The notes under the pieces: generated by a model
Database searches by the model: none
What the model was told of the DNA's origin: nothing
Seen by the model: the letters and a program-made list of their open reading frames with translations, nothing else
From: Octopus sinensis
Lineage: Eukaryota
Assembly (NCBI RefSeq): GCF_006345805.1
Contig: NC_043004.1
Coordinates: 61,318,001 to 61,382,000, forward strand
Direction: 5' to 3'
DNA length: 64,000 bases
Part shown: positions 1-16,984 of the stretch, piece by piece
Layout: the number at the start of each line of letters is the position of its first letter
How positions within the stretch are numbered: the stretch's first letter is position 1
Position numbers and translations under genes: made by a program

Positions 1-1110
1 ATTCTTTTCAAGCTGCATGTCTATTGTGCATGTTTCGTCTTTTGTATTTGCTAGGAGTATTTAGATCCATTCTTCTCAATGGAACATATTGCAGTCTACC
101 TTCTCCCCTCCCTCTCCGACATAGCCGCTCGATGTAATTGTATTTCTACAGCTATTGTCACTAGAGTTGAAATAATTGTAGTAAAACTTGTGTAGTAGTT
201 ATTTTATTTCAAAGAAACATAGATCGACTCCTATTCTAAGATTCAATATATGCTCTGGTCGATTTTGCATTCTATCCTTTCGATGATTAAATAATTAACA
301 ATCAAATTCCATTAGTAGGTATAATCGATCACACACACTTCCTCAAAAATGAATATCTTTATGTAAAAGAAAGTATAAAAGTATATTAGCTCTATTGGCC
401 GAAGTTTACCCCGACTTCAAATCGTTTTCTTAAACCCGGCGTCAGTCTGTCACAGAGCTAACACACAAACTCCCTTTGGTGCTCGTTTATGTAAAAGAAA
501 GTATAAGCCGTAGAATGTAGTAGCATTATCTGCACTATGTTTTGAAATAGTAGGTGTGGTTGCGATTTAAATGCCTGTGAGTATATTATCTCTTTCGATT
601 AAGGGGTGCTCGGGGATTACATCAACTATAGTGCTCAACTGGTACTTATCTCATCAACCAAGCAACCCAGAACGGATGAAAAGCAACATTGACCTTAATA
701 GAACGTGCATCTGTGTAATTGAAAGATTGAACGCTATGTTGAATATGAGGTGTCTGTTTACAACCAAAAGGAGAATTCAGTTAAATATCATAGCCAAAAG
801 CCAAGCAAAACACTGTTGAATCTTTTAAGCACTCGACCATTTATCTCGTAGACCTGCTTCAGAGTAGCCTATCTTTCCTATTCGGAAGACTAGGCTATAA
901 ATAATTCACCTCTTCGCGGTGAAGTTCATAAACACACTTCTGCCGTGGCTTGGCACAATGAGTTAACATTTACTAATCCTTTTACAGTTTTCGTTCTACG
1001 AACGCAGTCGATCATATTGACAATTTTGCTTGATTTTAAGCCTGACATTCAGTGAATGGATCCATTCCTATTTGTTAGAGCACAACTAACTGTATACAGA
1101 AACACAATCA

Positions 1111-1195
1111 CAAACACAAAGCAATGTGCATGATAACACTTCCAATCAGTTAAGATCAGAAGCCAGGAGAGCCACTAACTCGTACTGCATCAGGG
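1111..1195 (-). repeat. Terminal fragment of the ~555-bp AAT-associated element (element B)
   Basis: Reverse complement reads CCCTGATGCAGTACGAGTTAGTGGCTCTCCTGGCTTCTGATCTTAACTGATTGGAAGTGTTATCATG, the start of the element B copies at 33896, 61181 and 61808. Abuts the giant ATT array. Confidence 0.8.
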
Positions 1196-4906
<3,711 letters not shown>

Positions 4907-5120
4907 AAGGCGGCAAGCTGGCAGAATCCTTAGCACGCCGGGAAAAATGCTTAGCAGTATTTCGTCCGTTTTTAAATTCTTAGTTCAAATTCCGCCGATG
5001 TTGACTTTGCTTTCATAATTTTAGGGTCGATAAAATAAATACTATTTGAACACTGGGGTCGATATAATCGACTAGCCCCTCCTCAGAAATTCAGACCTTG
5101 TGCATGTTGTAGAAAGTATT
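4907..5120 (+). mobile_element. tRNA-derived SINE family A (ATT-tailed variant)
   Basis: Head AAGGCGGCAAGCTGGCAGAATC (box A-like), box B GTTCAAATTCC, GGGGTCGAT core, ends GTAGAAAGTATTATT. Multiple homologues in the window. Confidence 0.88.
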
Positions 5121-5140
5121 ATTTTTACTAATATTATTTG

Positions 5141-5543
5141 TAGCATTTGGCTGTGTGATAAGTAGCTTGCTTACCAACCACATGGTTCTGGGTTCAGTCC
5201 CACTGCGTGGCACGTTGGGAAAATGTCTTCTACTATAGCCTCAGGCCGACCAAAGCCTCGTGAGTGGATTTGGTAGACGGAAACTGAAAGAAGCCCGCCG
5301 TATATATGTATATAAGTATATGCATGTGTATGTGTATGTTTGTGTGTCTGTGTTGGTGCCCCGCCATCGCTTGACAACCGATGCGTGTTTTGGTTATGTC
5401 CTCGTAACATAGCGGGAACCGATAGAATAAGTGATAGGCTTACAAAGAATAAGTCCTGGGTCAATTTGCTTGACTAAAGGCGGTGCTCCAGCATGGCCAC
5501 AGTCAAAAGACTGAAACAAGTAAAAGAGTAAAAGAGTAAAAGA
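5141..5543 (+). mobile_element. tRNA-derived SINE family B
   Basis: TGGCTGTGTG box A-like, GGTTCAGTCCC box B, internal (TA/TG)n, 3' (TAAAAGAG)n tail. Near-identical copies at 18118, 24584, 48173 and 52200. Confidence 0.88.
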
Positions 5544-5555
5544 ATGTCGTAATTA

Positions 5556-5597
5556 CTACTACTACTACTTTTGCTGTTGCTTCTACTACTGCTACTG

Positions 5598-5628
<31 letters not shown>

Positions 5629-5647
5629 TACTACTACTACTTCTGCA

Positions 5648-5685
<38 letters not shown>

Positions 5686-5743
5686 CACTACTACTACTAC
5701 TACTGATACTACTACTACTGCAACTACTACTACTACTGCTGCA

Positions 5744-5778
<35 letters not shown>

Positions 5779-5843
5779 CACTACCACTACTACTACCAGT
5801 ACTACTACTACTACTACTACTACCACTACTACTACTACTACTA

Positions 5844-5883
<40 letters not shown>

Positions 5884-5887
5884 CACC

Positions 5888-5931
<44 letters not shown>
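5556..5931. repeat. (CTA)n/(CCA)n trinucleotide microsatellite
   Basis: Directly visible; gives the poly-L and poly-V pseudo-ORFs. Confidence 0.95.
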
Positions 5932-5933
<2 letters not shown>

Positions 5934-6041
5934 GCTCTTGAATTTCATGCCATGCGATCTTTTGATATGTTTACTTAAATCTCCCACACTTTGTTCAGAG
6001 ATTAAATGAGATTTCGTATTCTTTATTTTCTTTATATTCAG

Positions 6042-6125
6042 ATCTTCTTAAAGCCAAAATAAGCAGAAATGACATCGATGCAGTGAAGAAAACAAAGCTG
6101 GCTTATGAATCTTGCGTAGGAATAT
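6042..6125 (+). CDS. M13 (neprilysin/ECE-like) metallopeptidase, internal exon A (phase 1-1)
   Basis: Acceptor tttatattcAG|, donor |GTGAGT, 84 nt. Reads (D)LLKAKISRNDIDAVKKTKLAYESCVGI, matching the M13 N-domain pattern LL..P...EAV.KAK.LY.SC with the conserved Cys. Splices in frame to exon B. Confidence 0.88.
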
Positions 6126-7603
6126 GTGAGTAGAATGACTGAAACATATAGATAATGCTATTGATACAATGTCAATTTATTGGTGGAGTCATTTAGGATG
6201 AGTATATTTATTGTACTGCTCTATGAAATGATATGCATATCACTCATATAACACCGTCATTGTAACTGTTGTTGTTGTTGCTGTTGTTATGTTATCCTAT
6301 GCTGAGCTCCAATCGAGGAAAACTACAAAGGCGTTCCAATCCAGTTTATTCTGTAACTTTTGCGTGTTTCAGTCATTACCCTGCGGCCATGCAGAGGCAT
6401 CGCCTTGAAAAATCCCTTCAGTCGAAGGAATTGTCTCCAGTATTTCACTTTGTTTTTCAACCTGGAGCTTATTTTATCGGTATCTTAAACCAAACTGCTA
6501 AGGTTCTGTGATTCAAATACACCAACACTGGTTGTGAAGCAGTGTTTGGAAGACTAACACAGACTCAACCACCCACACACACATGAACAAAAAGAAGCCT
6601 TATATACATCGGGCAGTCGTTCCTCATTGAAGCCCAGAGCCTCCCCAATTACGCCGCACCTATTCTTCACTAACCCCTTATAGAACGCGAAGGTGTAATT
6701 TCCACCGCCCGCATTGCCCGACTGGTAGAAAACTAAGAAAGTTTGTCGGCACTCAAGGTGCCAATCTTCCTCCCTCGGTCTCAGCTTGGCCCAGGGCTGC
6801 ATCTCCGTTAAGCAGACGAGTTTAGGAAAAGCGTGTCTGACCACACACACCCACTGTCAATGAAAACGCTGGTGATGCCGCAGCTTCAGTGCATGCCTGC
6901 GCATCAGCAACCACGGCGTGCCCAACCTTCCGTTCAGTGGTTGTTGACAGCAGATGGACCGCCCGACAAGAGGAAGGCGTTTCTTCCACAAAAAGCGAAA
7001 GAGTATACGCTCCAAATTGATCAGGCGTGACTCGGCACAAAGCACAACGGGCAGACGGTAATAGATGACGGATAAAATATACGTATTCGCAACCTCCGCC
7101 CGACTTCTCAGGGTCAGTTTTCACTCTGGGTAAATTTAACTACCCTGATCTTCACCTCGTTCCTGTTCTTGTCCACCTGGAGGTCTGGACCGAACCAGAC
7201 TCCGAGTAGTTTAAACGGTCCGTCTTCCCATGCCCTACGACGCTGTTGGACGGCATAGACCTGCCTCTCCGGGTGCTGAGTTGTAATCCTACTCCTGTCA
7301 CCGCTTCATATTCCTTTATAGCGGTGCCGATCACCTTGATGAGCGTCGCGTCTACTTAAGTAGAGTTATGGGGCAGAAGTTATCTGCGCACTCTCCCTTG
7401 TCCGGGTTCTTTCGTTCTCCTCTGCGTCTGAAGCATCCTCAGGGAGGAGTACATTCGCACACATGAGTCTTAACTCATCTGTGCTTCTCTTTTTCTGTTT
7501 CCTTTGTTTTTGCTGAAGCTCCTTGTCCCGTTCTTCTTGGCTGGCCGACGTTCCACGATACTACGTCCTCTTGTCCGTTTGCCCCTGCTGTGGATGTTCC
7601 TGG

Positions 7604-7817
7604 TACAGACGTAATATATACGATTCTGTTCAGTTGACTATAGCCCCGTTATCAGAAAAGAGCGTTGATATGATTACGTTTTGATGCTTATTTAGCCCTT
7701 TGTCATCGCTAACTGAAGAAACCTATGATGAAATTATCAAATATATTCGAGGGTAGACAAGTTATACGTTTTCGTATAAACACAATCTATCTGGGTTACA
7801 ATGTTCTGGGTTACAAT

Positions 7818-7829
<12 letters not shown>
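7604..7829. repeat. Unclassified ~200-bp dispersed repeat, copy 1
   Basis: GTAATATATACGATTCTGTTCAGTTGACTATAGCCCCGTTATCAGAAA...CTGGGTTACAATGT is closely similar to 25267-25468; the terminal 15-mer is duplicated here. Confidence 0.8.
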
Positions 7830-7849
<20 letters not shown>

Positions 7850-7865
7850 TATTATTATTTTTATT

Positions 7866-7990
7866 GGAGAAAGCGGCGAGCTGGCAGAGTCGTTGGAATG
7901 CTGGACGAAATGTTTAGCGGTATCTCGCCCGTCGCTACGTTCTCGGTTCAAATTCAGCCGAGGTCGACTTTGTATTTCATCCTTTCGGAG
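7866..7990 (+). mobile_element. SINE A, 3'-truncated
   Basis: Follows an AAT/ATT tract; nearly identical to the 26182 copy, including the unusual GGAGAAAGCGGCGAG start. Confidence 0.85.
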
Positions 7991-9163
7991 TGCTGCGGTG
8001 GAGGTGTTTGCAGCAGGTGTATTTTAGTGGGTGATTTCTTGGTTGGGCAAAAGCCATTAAATGGTTCATGTGGCTACAGAGATGGAATTTCGGCTTTCTA
8101 TCCTCGACCGCAACATGCAGCCTTCTCCCTCCTATCATAATGATAGAGTCAGGGATATTTTCTTCCTACTCCTCTTCAATTTGGCAAACGGGAATCATCC
8201 TCGCTCCTATCCAGTTTCGTTTTCTCGATCTATACGCCTGTAAGATATTTGTTTTATTTTCAAGTTTGTACAGGATAGCTTCTGCTATGTCCTCTATTTA
8301 AATTTCGGGGTGGGGGACGTCAGCCAACTTGATCCATACTACCCTTCTCCCTAGGTTCGTTGGGACGAGGAGCAGTTCACCGCTGCGATGAGCGATGGCT
8401 GAATGATTTCTCACCTCTTTTTCGATCAGGAAGTCACTTCTACGGTCCCAAAACGCTTCCCTCTGCTGACGTAGGTCTTACTATCCCAAATTGGACGAAC
8501 ACATTTCTCTATAAGTGCTTGAGTCGCTCTCTACACTTCCATTTTTGTTCTTAAACTCATCACTTTATATGTGATTCTCCTCTTTCGGTATCTTGCTCAA
8601 TTTCAATAGAGGTTTGTAGGGTGATAATTCTTCCTTCCTTCTTCAAGAGAACCATTGCCATCTCCAAAAGTTCACTATATAATTCTACATTATCCATGCG
8701 ATTGCAGGCTGAAACGAACATGCGTCGGCCTGCTTCGCTTGCACTCAAAGAAATCTCTATTTTCTCCTCTTCATTTTTCTTCTCTTGCTTCTTTTCTTCC
8801 TTCTTCTCGTCTTCCTTTCTTTTCTTCTTTATACTGTGTAGGAACTATAATGATAGTGAAGGTGGGGAAGTCTTCGTTGAGCTGGTAGTTCAACTGCACA
8901 TTCAACACACTCTCTCTCATAGATATAAATAGATGTATTTAGCCCCCAAGTGGGAGCATTCTTTCAGCAAAAACTACCTCCCTACGAGGGCAGCTACATT
9001 TTAACGTGAATTAAAGAATAGAAACAAAAGTTTACAACCTTTTTACATCAGAAATTCAAAGAATTTCGGGATCTCATAACGTATGACTTAACACCCAGGA
9101 TAATAACAATCATTTCGCTCGCCGCCTTAATAATAACATGATGATGATGATGATGATAATAAT

Positions 9164-9252
<89 letters not shown>

Positions 9253-9393
9253 TAAAAACAATAATAATCCTTTTTATTAAAGGTACAAGTCCTCAAATTT
9301 TGGTGGCGAGGACTAGTCCATTAAATTGATCCTAGTGACAGACGGACGGAAAGCCTCTAAGCATTTTGCTTCGCATACCAGCTCGCCAATAAA

Positions 9394-9445
<52 letters not shown>

Positions 9446-9524
9446 TTAATAATAATAATAATAAAAATAAAAACAATAATAATAATAATAATTATAATAA
9501 TAATAATGATAATAATAATAATAA

Positions 9525-12500
9525 CACCGGGGGACGTTTAAGATGTAAGAAGGAAAATTCAGAGCTCCGAAATCTATCCACAAACATCGAAAACAAGGAC
9601 ATCCTTTGGAGCCAAAGTTTTACTAACAAAGAATTGGACTGTATCCGAGTAAGTAATACTAATTGAAATTTATTACTATTTTCGAAACGAAGTGATGTAT
9701 TTTGACTCGATATCATCTCCACCTCTAACGCAACACATGTAAACATGCGTGGAACATCACGATCATCCCCGACCCCAAACACCATGTACAAAGGAACTAC
9801 GAAGAAATTAAATGCCACCGATACTATTCAACCCAAGAATAACAATCGAGCGGTACGTACATTAAACTTACAACAAAAAATGTACGAAAAACTACATGTG
9901 CGAAATAATGTGACAACAGAAATAAACGGACCGGTACCCTACGAAAATGACGACCGTCAAAATAATGGGCGGACGTTGTACCTCATGTCCCGCAAATAAA
10001 ACCCAAAAGACGTAAATGGACACGTGAGGAATACATTTCTATCTTACACGCATACTTCACAGCAGTACTCTACCCAAAAAATGAAAATACAGCAACACAT
10101 ACATATAAAATATGGAAGGAAAATAATAGAGATATAGACTTGGATACAGCAATGAACCCTAATAAATTAGCTAACGTACGAAGATACATTCTCAACACAA
10201 AAAATATCAGAAATAGAAATAGAACACCTAAAAGAAAACATACACCAGGAAAATGTGGATAGAAGCCACACAACAATGCCAAATAATATAAACACTGAAA
10301 CTGTAAAACACGAAGACAAACGCAATATTCCCAACAAACACGATGTAAACAACGAAGGGGAGCCTAATGATTATGATAATATAAAAAAAAAATAATCAAA
10401 GAACTGAAAACCACAGAGCTCAGAATGGACCACCGACCATACCTCCCAAGAATCAAAATAAACGAAATAACAACACCTATTATAAACACCATAAACCTAG
10501 CCGTCACTGAACTGATAGCCACTGAATAAAAAAAAAGTGATATCACTGAGCTAAATAACCTAATATACGCAGCCACAAAAGAAGCTGGATACTCACCCAA
10601 ACCCGCCCAAACAGGAGTACCGCCACCCAAACAAACCCTGTGAATAAATAACATCCAAAGCAAAGTAAAAAAAATTAGAAAAGACCTGTCGATTCTTAAT
10701 GAAATCAGCAAACAATCAACGCTACTGAGCAACAAAAAGAGAACAAAAATACTCCGCAAATATAACATCACAGAGAAAGATTTGCCTGAAATAAAAGAAA
10801 AGCTGAAGCAAGATATCCTTGCCAAAGCACAAAGGATCCGCCGGTACAAGAAACGCCAACGCTTCTTTGCAGAAAACAAAAAGTTCAACTCCAACCCCAA
10901 AACGTTCTACCAAGAACTGGGCAAAAATAAAATAGAAGTCACTGCAGCACCAACGTCAGAAGAATTGGAAGAATTCTGGAGAGAAATATGGTCGGCGAAC
11001 GAACCACCAAAAAAAAGGAGTATCAAAATAACAAACTCGGCATCTGAACAACTTTGGACCCCTATAACAACTGAAGAGGTCACCCAGGCACTGCAAAGAC
11101 TAAGCAACTGGAAGGCACCTGGGCATGACAAGATCCCCAACTTCTGGTTGAAATATCTAACAGGAATGCACAAAAAGCTGGCTGAAAACTTTAACAACGT
11201 ACTAGCAGAGCCAGAGACAATGCCTGAATGGCTCACGAAGGGGAAAACCATCTTAATTCCCAAATCAAATGAAACAGAAAAACCAGAAAACTACAGACCA
11301 ATAACCTGCCTCCCTACTATGTTCAAGGCATTTGCTGCAGTGATATCACAAAGGCTGAACAAGCACCTGGACGAAAACAAACTGTTTTCAGAAGAGCAGA
11401 AAGGATGCCGCAAAGGCTCATATGGCTGTAAAGATCAACTAATGATAATAAAGCCATAACTGAAGACAGCCACAGAAAGAAGAAAGGCCTCAGTATGGCC
11501 TGGATTGACTACAAAAAAGGTTTGATAGCATCCCCCACACATGGATCCTCGAAACACTAGCCATTAACAAAGTAGCACCAACAATCATAAAATTCATAGA
11601 GCACTCTATGAATAAATGGCAAACAGTCCTACACCTCCAAACAAAAGAGGGACTCATGAAAACCAAAGACATCCCCATTAGAAGAGGAATATTCCAGGGA
11701 GACACGCTCTCTCCACTCCTTTTCTGCTTGGCACTGTCACCTCTATCTGATATAGTAAATAGAACTGGATACGGATATAAATGTTACGGCAAAACGATCA
11801 GCCACCTTGTATATATGGATGACCTAAAACTATACGCTGCAAATGACAAACAGCTGGAAACACTATTAAAGACAGTTCATGGATTTACCAAAGAAATAGA
11901 TATGAAATTTGGATTAGAAAAATGCGCCAAAGTAACCATGAAAAGAGGAAAACTAGTTAAGAGTAACAACATCACACTAGATAAAACCAATGAAATAAAA
12001 GAATTAGACCAAAGCCAAACTTACAAATACTTAGGAATCCATGAACTAGATAAGACCAACACACACAAATGAAAGAGAAAATAAAAAAAGAATATTATAG
12101 ACGAGTTAGATCAATACTAAACACAGAGCTCAATGCTAAAAACAAGATAATAGGTATCAACACTTTAGCTGTCCCAGTTATAAGTTACAGCTACAATATC
12201 CTTAACTGGACACGAAATGAACTCTCCAAAATAGATAGGAACAAAGAAAAATAATGACAGGATCTAGGATGCATCACCCAAAATCTGACATAGAAAGACT
12301 ATATATACAACGTATAGAAGGTGGTAGAGGACTTATACAGCTGGAAAACTACTATAAAATAACCACCATAGGACTGCAAAAATATATACTTCAGAAGGAA
12401 AGAAAACTGATCCAGATAGCGGCAAACCACGATCAAAACAAAAAACTGTTCTCAGTATTTAAGGAAGCTGACAAATACAAACAAGAAATCATACCACCTA

Positions 12501-13465
12501 ATAAACATGAAGAAGAAGAAGAAGAAGATGAAGAAACAACAAAAGCTATAAAACAAATGAAATCCAAACTAAAAATAGAACAGCAACGAGCCATGATAAA
12601 ACGATGGCAAGAAAAGCCCCTTATGGTAAATACTGCACTAAACTAAACGCAAAAGAAATAGACAAAGAAAAATCCCAGCAATGGTTGAGAAGCTCAGGAC
12701 TCAAGGAGAGAAACAGAGGGATTTTTAATTGCAGCACAAGACCAAAGCCTCCCCACCAGAAATTACCAAAAACATGTAATGAAAAGAAATATTACAAGTA
12801 ACTGCAGAATATGTGGAGATGACAAGAAACAATAAATCATGTTATCTCTAGCTGCCCAGTCCTGGCTAAGAAGGAATATATTCACAGACATGACAGAGTT
12901 GGAACCTACATACATTGGAAGCTATGCCAACATTATGGAATAACAACAGAAAAAAGATGGTATAGGCACACACCAGAAAAGGTCACAGAAAACGAGAAAA
13001 CAACCATACTCTGGGATATGCCGATACACACAGATAGAGAAATTAAGGCCAACAGACCAGATATAGTTGTCAGAGACCATGAAGAAAAAAAACGCTTTCT
13101 AATTGATGTATCAATACCGGCTGATGACAACGTGGCTCTAAAAGAAATGGAGAAACTCTCAACATACAAAGACCTGGAAATAGAGGTAACTAGAATGTGG
13201 AATCTGAAAACAGAAACAATTCCTATCATAGTAGGTGCATTAGGCATGATAAAAAAATATTCAGACAAATACATAACAAAAACACAAGGACTTACAAACA
13301 CATATAACATACAGAAAATTGCACTACTAGGCACTGCACACATCCTACGCAGAACACTTTCCATACAATAACCATCAGAGCATCACAACAAATCACAGCA
13401 CATACCCAAGGCACACAGAGCTGCGCTCGGTAGTGAAGTGAAAGCACGCTATAAAAATAAAACTA

Positions 13466-13468
<3 letters not shown>
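9525..13468 (+). mobile_element. Near full-length R4/Dong-clade non-LTR retrotransposon (Myb-like N-terminus, RT, CCHC, restriction-like endonuclease) inserted in (AAT)n
   Basis: Frameshifted single ORF containing KRRKWTREEY (Myb-like); WKAPGHDKI, NYRPITCL, AWIDYKK.FDSIPH, RGIFQGDTLSPLLF and YMDDLKLY (RT); CRICG....TINHVISSCP (CCHC); and RPDIVV..LIDVSIP...KEMEKLSTYKDL (PD-D..K RLE). Flanked by (AAT)n on both sides, the known target type of Dong elements. Confidence 0.95.
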
Positions 13469-13510
<42 letters not shown>

Positions 13511-14641
13511 TAATAATAATAATAATAGCAGTAACAATGTCAACAAGAATGATTGAAACTTTTGTGACTAAATTCATCGTCTTTGAAAGAAAAATAGAAG
13601 CCATTAACTGCAGTTGTTAGAGACTTCAAGAAATTAATATGTAATTTTTCTAAGTTAATCTACATAGTTCGAACTTCGCTTCTAAGTTGTACGCTGTATT
13701 TTTGATAATTTCTCATCTGTGAAACAGAGTATAAGCTCTTCACCCAATTCTGCTTTCAATAGGTTATTTCCAAGTTATGGAAATATGTTAATGAATCGAT
13801 CAATCAGTAAATTGAGTTATTCAATCAGAGTCACACTAAACCTTATAGATAGCTGTTGTGATTAATCGAGCTTCACCTTCACTTGTAAAGATCTTGTTCC
13901 TGATTAAAGTATGTATATCTACCAACGTGTTTAAAGCCAATCGATGAAGCAGCCTTTATATAATAAATAAGCTTGCGTGAAATATTACTTTAACCTGTAA
14001 AATCATACCCGTTCACCGTGTAACTAAGGCGCCGATTATTTTATGCAGTCTTATTTAAACCATTTTATGTCACAATTCCATTAAGATTCCTAAAATTCGA
14101 CACTATATTCATAATTATGTAGTCCCACATAAAGGTTTTGATAAGCTACATTAGAGTAAGGTTCACCAGGAGCTGAAAAAACTAACCTATCTCCTTCGAA
14201 TGCGGCTCAGAATTGAAAGCTCATAAAATTCCTCAAATTTTATCCAATACTCTGCAATATCAATCAAAAACAGTTTGCGTATATAATCATTATCTGTTAA
14301 TCAAACTGAGAGATAAAATTTGACGGTGATAACATTGGACGTAGCATTTATTCTTACACATAGTTGATGTTATATTGAAGGAAACAAAGTTATTGTCTAT
14401 GATAGCCACTACATTTTTAATGTTTTTACAGCCGTCCGCGAAATACGTATTTGGATTAAAGAGGAGCGAGTTTGTGTATACAACAGCTTATTAGCGCTTA
14501 GAACCTAAAGCTAAAGGCATAATTAACAAAGGTCATAAAAGTGACAGAGGCTATTGACTGGCACCGCTTGTGTTAAAAATAAGAGCCGCAATAACTCAGA
14601 GGTCACAAAATTACCATCTTAATGACTGACGAAAGGAGGTA

Positions 14642-14857
14642 CATAGCCGAATCGCAATTTCGGATTTTGATGTCGACCATCTTAATCCACATCAGTGACA
14701 CTTAACGCCTAGGGTTAAACAAATTTAATAGAGGGTATACCGTTTTGAAAATCAGCACATGTTTTCAATGGTTTTTCAATTTAGCTCTACGCCTTAAGAG
14801 TCGCTAATGAGGATTGAGATGACCTACACTAAAATCCGAAATAGCGATCTGACTATG
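14642..14857. mobile_element. 216-bp palindromic MITE with TA target duplication (Tc1/mariner-type)
   Basis: TA|CATAGCCGAATCGCAATTTCGGATTTT... versus ...AAAATCCGAAATAGCGATCTGACTATG|TA. Imperfect inverted arms extend ~70-80 bp. Confidence 0.78.
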
Positions 14858-15010
14858 TATGCTAGGGAATTACCTCCCGTTGGAAGTCATTAAGACAGTG
14901 GTTTTGTGGTTTTTGGGCTGTTTTAACTCTTATTTGTAACAAAAGCAGTGCTAGTCAGTACCCTCTGTCACTTGATTACTACATACATTTGTATGTGTGT
15001 GTGTATATCT

Positions 15011-15168
<158 letters not shown>

Positions 15169-15171
15169 ATA

Positions 15172-15903
15172 CATGGTGCAGTGAATATATTGTCGTCTAA
15201 ATTACGCAAAATTGAAAATAACACTGACATCTTATTTAATCAGATATATTTACCAAACTTAAATTAAGAATATCTCGATGTATTAAAGAATAAAATGTAT
15301 TCAATAAAATCGTAATAGGCTTCCCCCACGGCCTTCAGACTACTCCAGAATTTCCTGCAAGTTTTCTGGACTCTCTAGTTGTTTAAGTTAGTGAATGCTG
15401 CCATAGTCCTTACCTTCACTTGTGTGAAGGCAATGACTGGTTTCTGTCAGTGTGGCATGGTGAAAAGTCCTATTGCTAGACATAGGGTCCTCCAGCAGCA
15501 ACGCCCTTGACCCAGGGCAGCAGCACCTCCTCCAGGCATTTGATGTAGGCCTCCGTTTTGAGTCCGAGGCGTATGGGAAGATAACTGAAGGCATAAAGTC
15601 GTCATCACTAGTGATCAGTCCAAATACCATGATATTGACTGGATGTTTGATATTTATCACTCTCAGTACGTCCTTAGATTGACACCCAAACACTCTGAGC
15701 TTCCGGGGCGAATGCCGAACATAACAGTATGTGTTTTTTCCAAATTTCTAGCAGTGTGAATTGTGCCATGGTGCTGTATTTTTCATAGACGTTGCCCATC
15801 TAACCATTTGTGTGTATCTTTTTCTGTCTTGGGATTGGTCATTTTGTCGATAAGAATGGAGTGACTGATAACGAATTACTCAAAATTCAAAATGTCACAC
15901 TTG
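15172..15903 (-). mobile_element. Internally deleted Tc1/mariner element (maT/DD37D-like)
   Basis: Minus strand: N-terminal MAQFTLLEIWKK..GIR..SSECLGVNLRT fused to KHPVNIMVFGLITSD.DFMP..IFP. Terminus TA|CATGGTGCAGTGAATAT; the right terminus is degenerate. Confidence 0.72.
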
Positions 15904-16685
15904 TATAACAAAGAACAAAGATTTCAAAATAAAAAGAAATTCCTCTTACACATGCATCTTGAGAAATTTTGTACCATGAAGTGCTTCAAAAGAAACTATA
16001 TATATATATCACTATTTCTAATACATTTTATACAAATTTGTTGTTTCCAAATAGCTGTAAAATCTCAGCAGCTATTGCTCACAACAAATACCCTGGCAGA
16101 AACCATTTATCACAACGCTGGGGTTCTTGAGCGCTATACAAAATGTCTTCCATTATTTAGTCACATTTTTTCTATATAACAAGTTGAACCAGATTTAACT
16201 TTTACTGACAAATTGTTGTATTCCGACCGTGTTCATTCGGTCATTTTTTCTTTTGTATAGATGATCCATTTTAACGTTATCTACATTATCTGTTTCCAAA
16301 ACAATAAAAATGTGATTTGTAGTATATTGGTCGCTAGTTTTAGCTGGTCGGCCGAGAACATAGTAAGTTTCCAATCGGGTCCCGTTGTCCTTCTTTTGCG
16401 CTGGATTATTGGATTCAGTTTTTGTTTCAACATGGTTACCACCATCACACGGGCATTGAGTGCCTTTAGCAAATTCCATTATTTCTCCCTTTATTCCAGC
16501 ATCCTAAGAGAACCCTCAATACGATTCTTGATGCTTTCACAATAATGGTTAGAAAGTAAAAGAGGAGGATCAGGTGCATTTAATCGGCAACACGCTTGAT
16601 ACCCACATTCTGCATTTTTGTGAACTCAATGTCAGAGCTGCATGCTTCTTTTCTCATTTCTCTTGTATTTTCTATATATCAATAG

Positions 16686-16888
16686 ATTACATCAAAGAAA
16701 AATCATTTATGAATGTTAAATATTTGGTACAAGAAGCTGGTGGAATGCCAATAGTGACCAAAGGATGGAAAGCCAATGAATCTCTAATTGACTACATGGT
16801 AAATACAAGAGCACAATTTGGTGCAATGCCACTGGTACCAGTGTTTGTCAAAATTGACCAGAAGAACACATCTCGTAATATAATTTAC
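16686..16888 (+). CDS. M13 metallopeptidase, internal exon B (phase 1-0)
   Basis: Acceptor tatcaatAG|, donor |GTGAGT, 203 nt. Reads YIKEKSFMNVKYLVQEAGGMPIVTKGWKANESLIDYMVNTRAQFGAMPLVPVFVKIDQKNTSRNIIY, matching M13 GGWP....W and V..D.KNS...II motifs. Contains N-glycosylation sequons NES and NTS. Confidence 0.92.
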
Positions 16889-16944
16889 GTGAGTATGTTT
16901 CTAATTTTTGCTAGTATACATACATACATACGTATATATATATA

Positions 16945-16984
<40 letters not shown>

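Larger units (their letters stand above)
6536..8880 (-). mobile_element. Degenerate Tx1/L1-like LINE (ORF1 remnant ~8050-8750; RT/3' remnant ~6540-7330), interrupted by other repeats at ~7604-7990
   Basis: Minus strand gives RRVVWIKLADVPHPEI..IPDSIIMIGGRRLHVAVEDRKPKFHLC (ORF1-like, decayed knuckle) and YIYSVIYYRL/FRFLWK.R.PLV.RSIC-type ORF2 text homologous to 59040-60960. Many stops and frameshifts. Confidence 0.72.
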
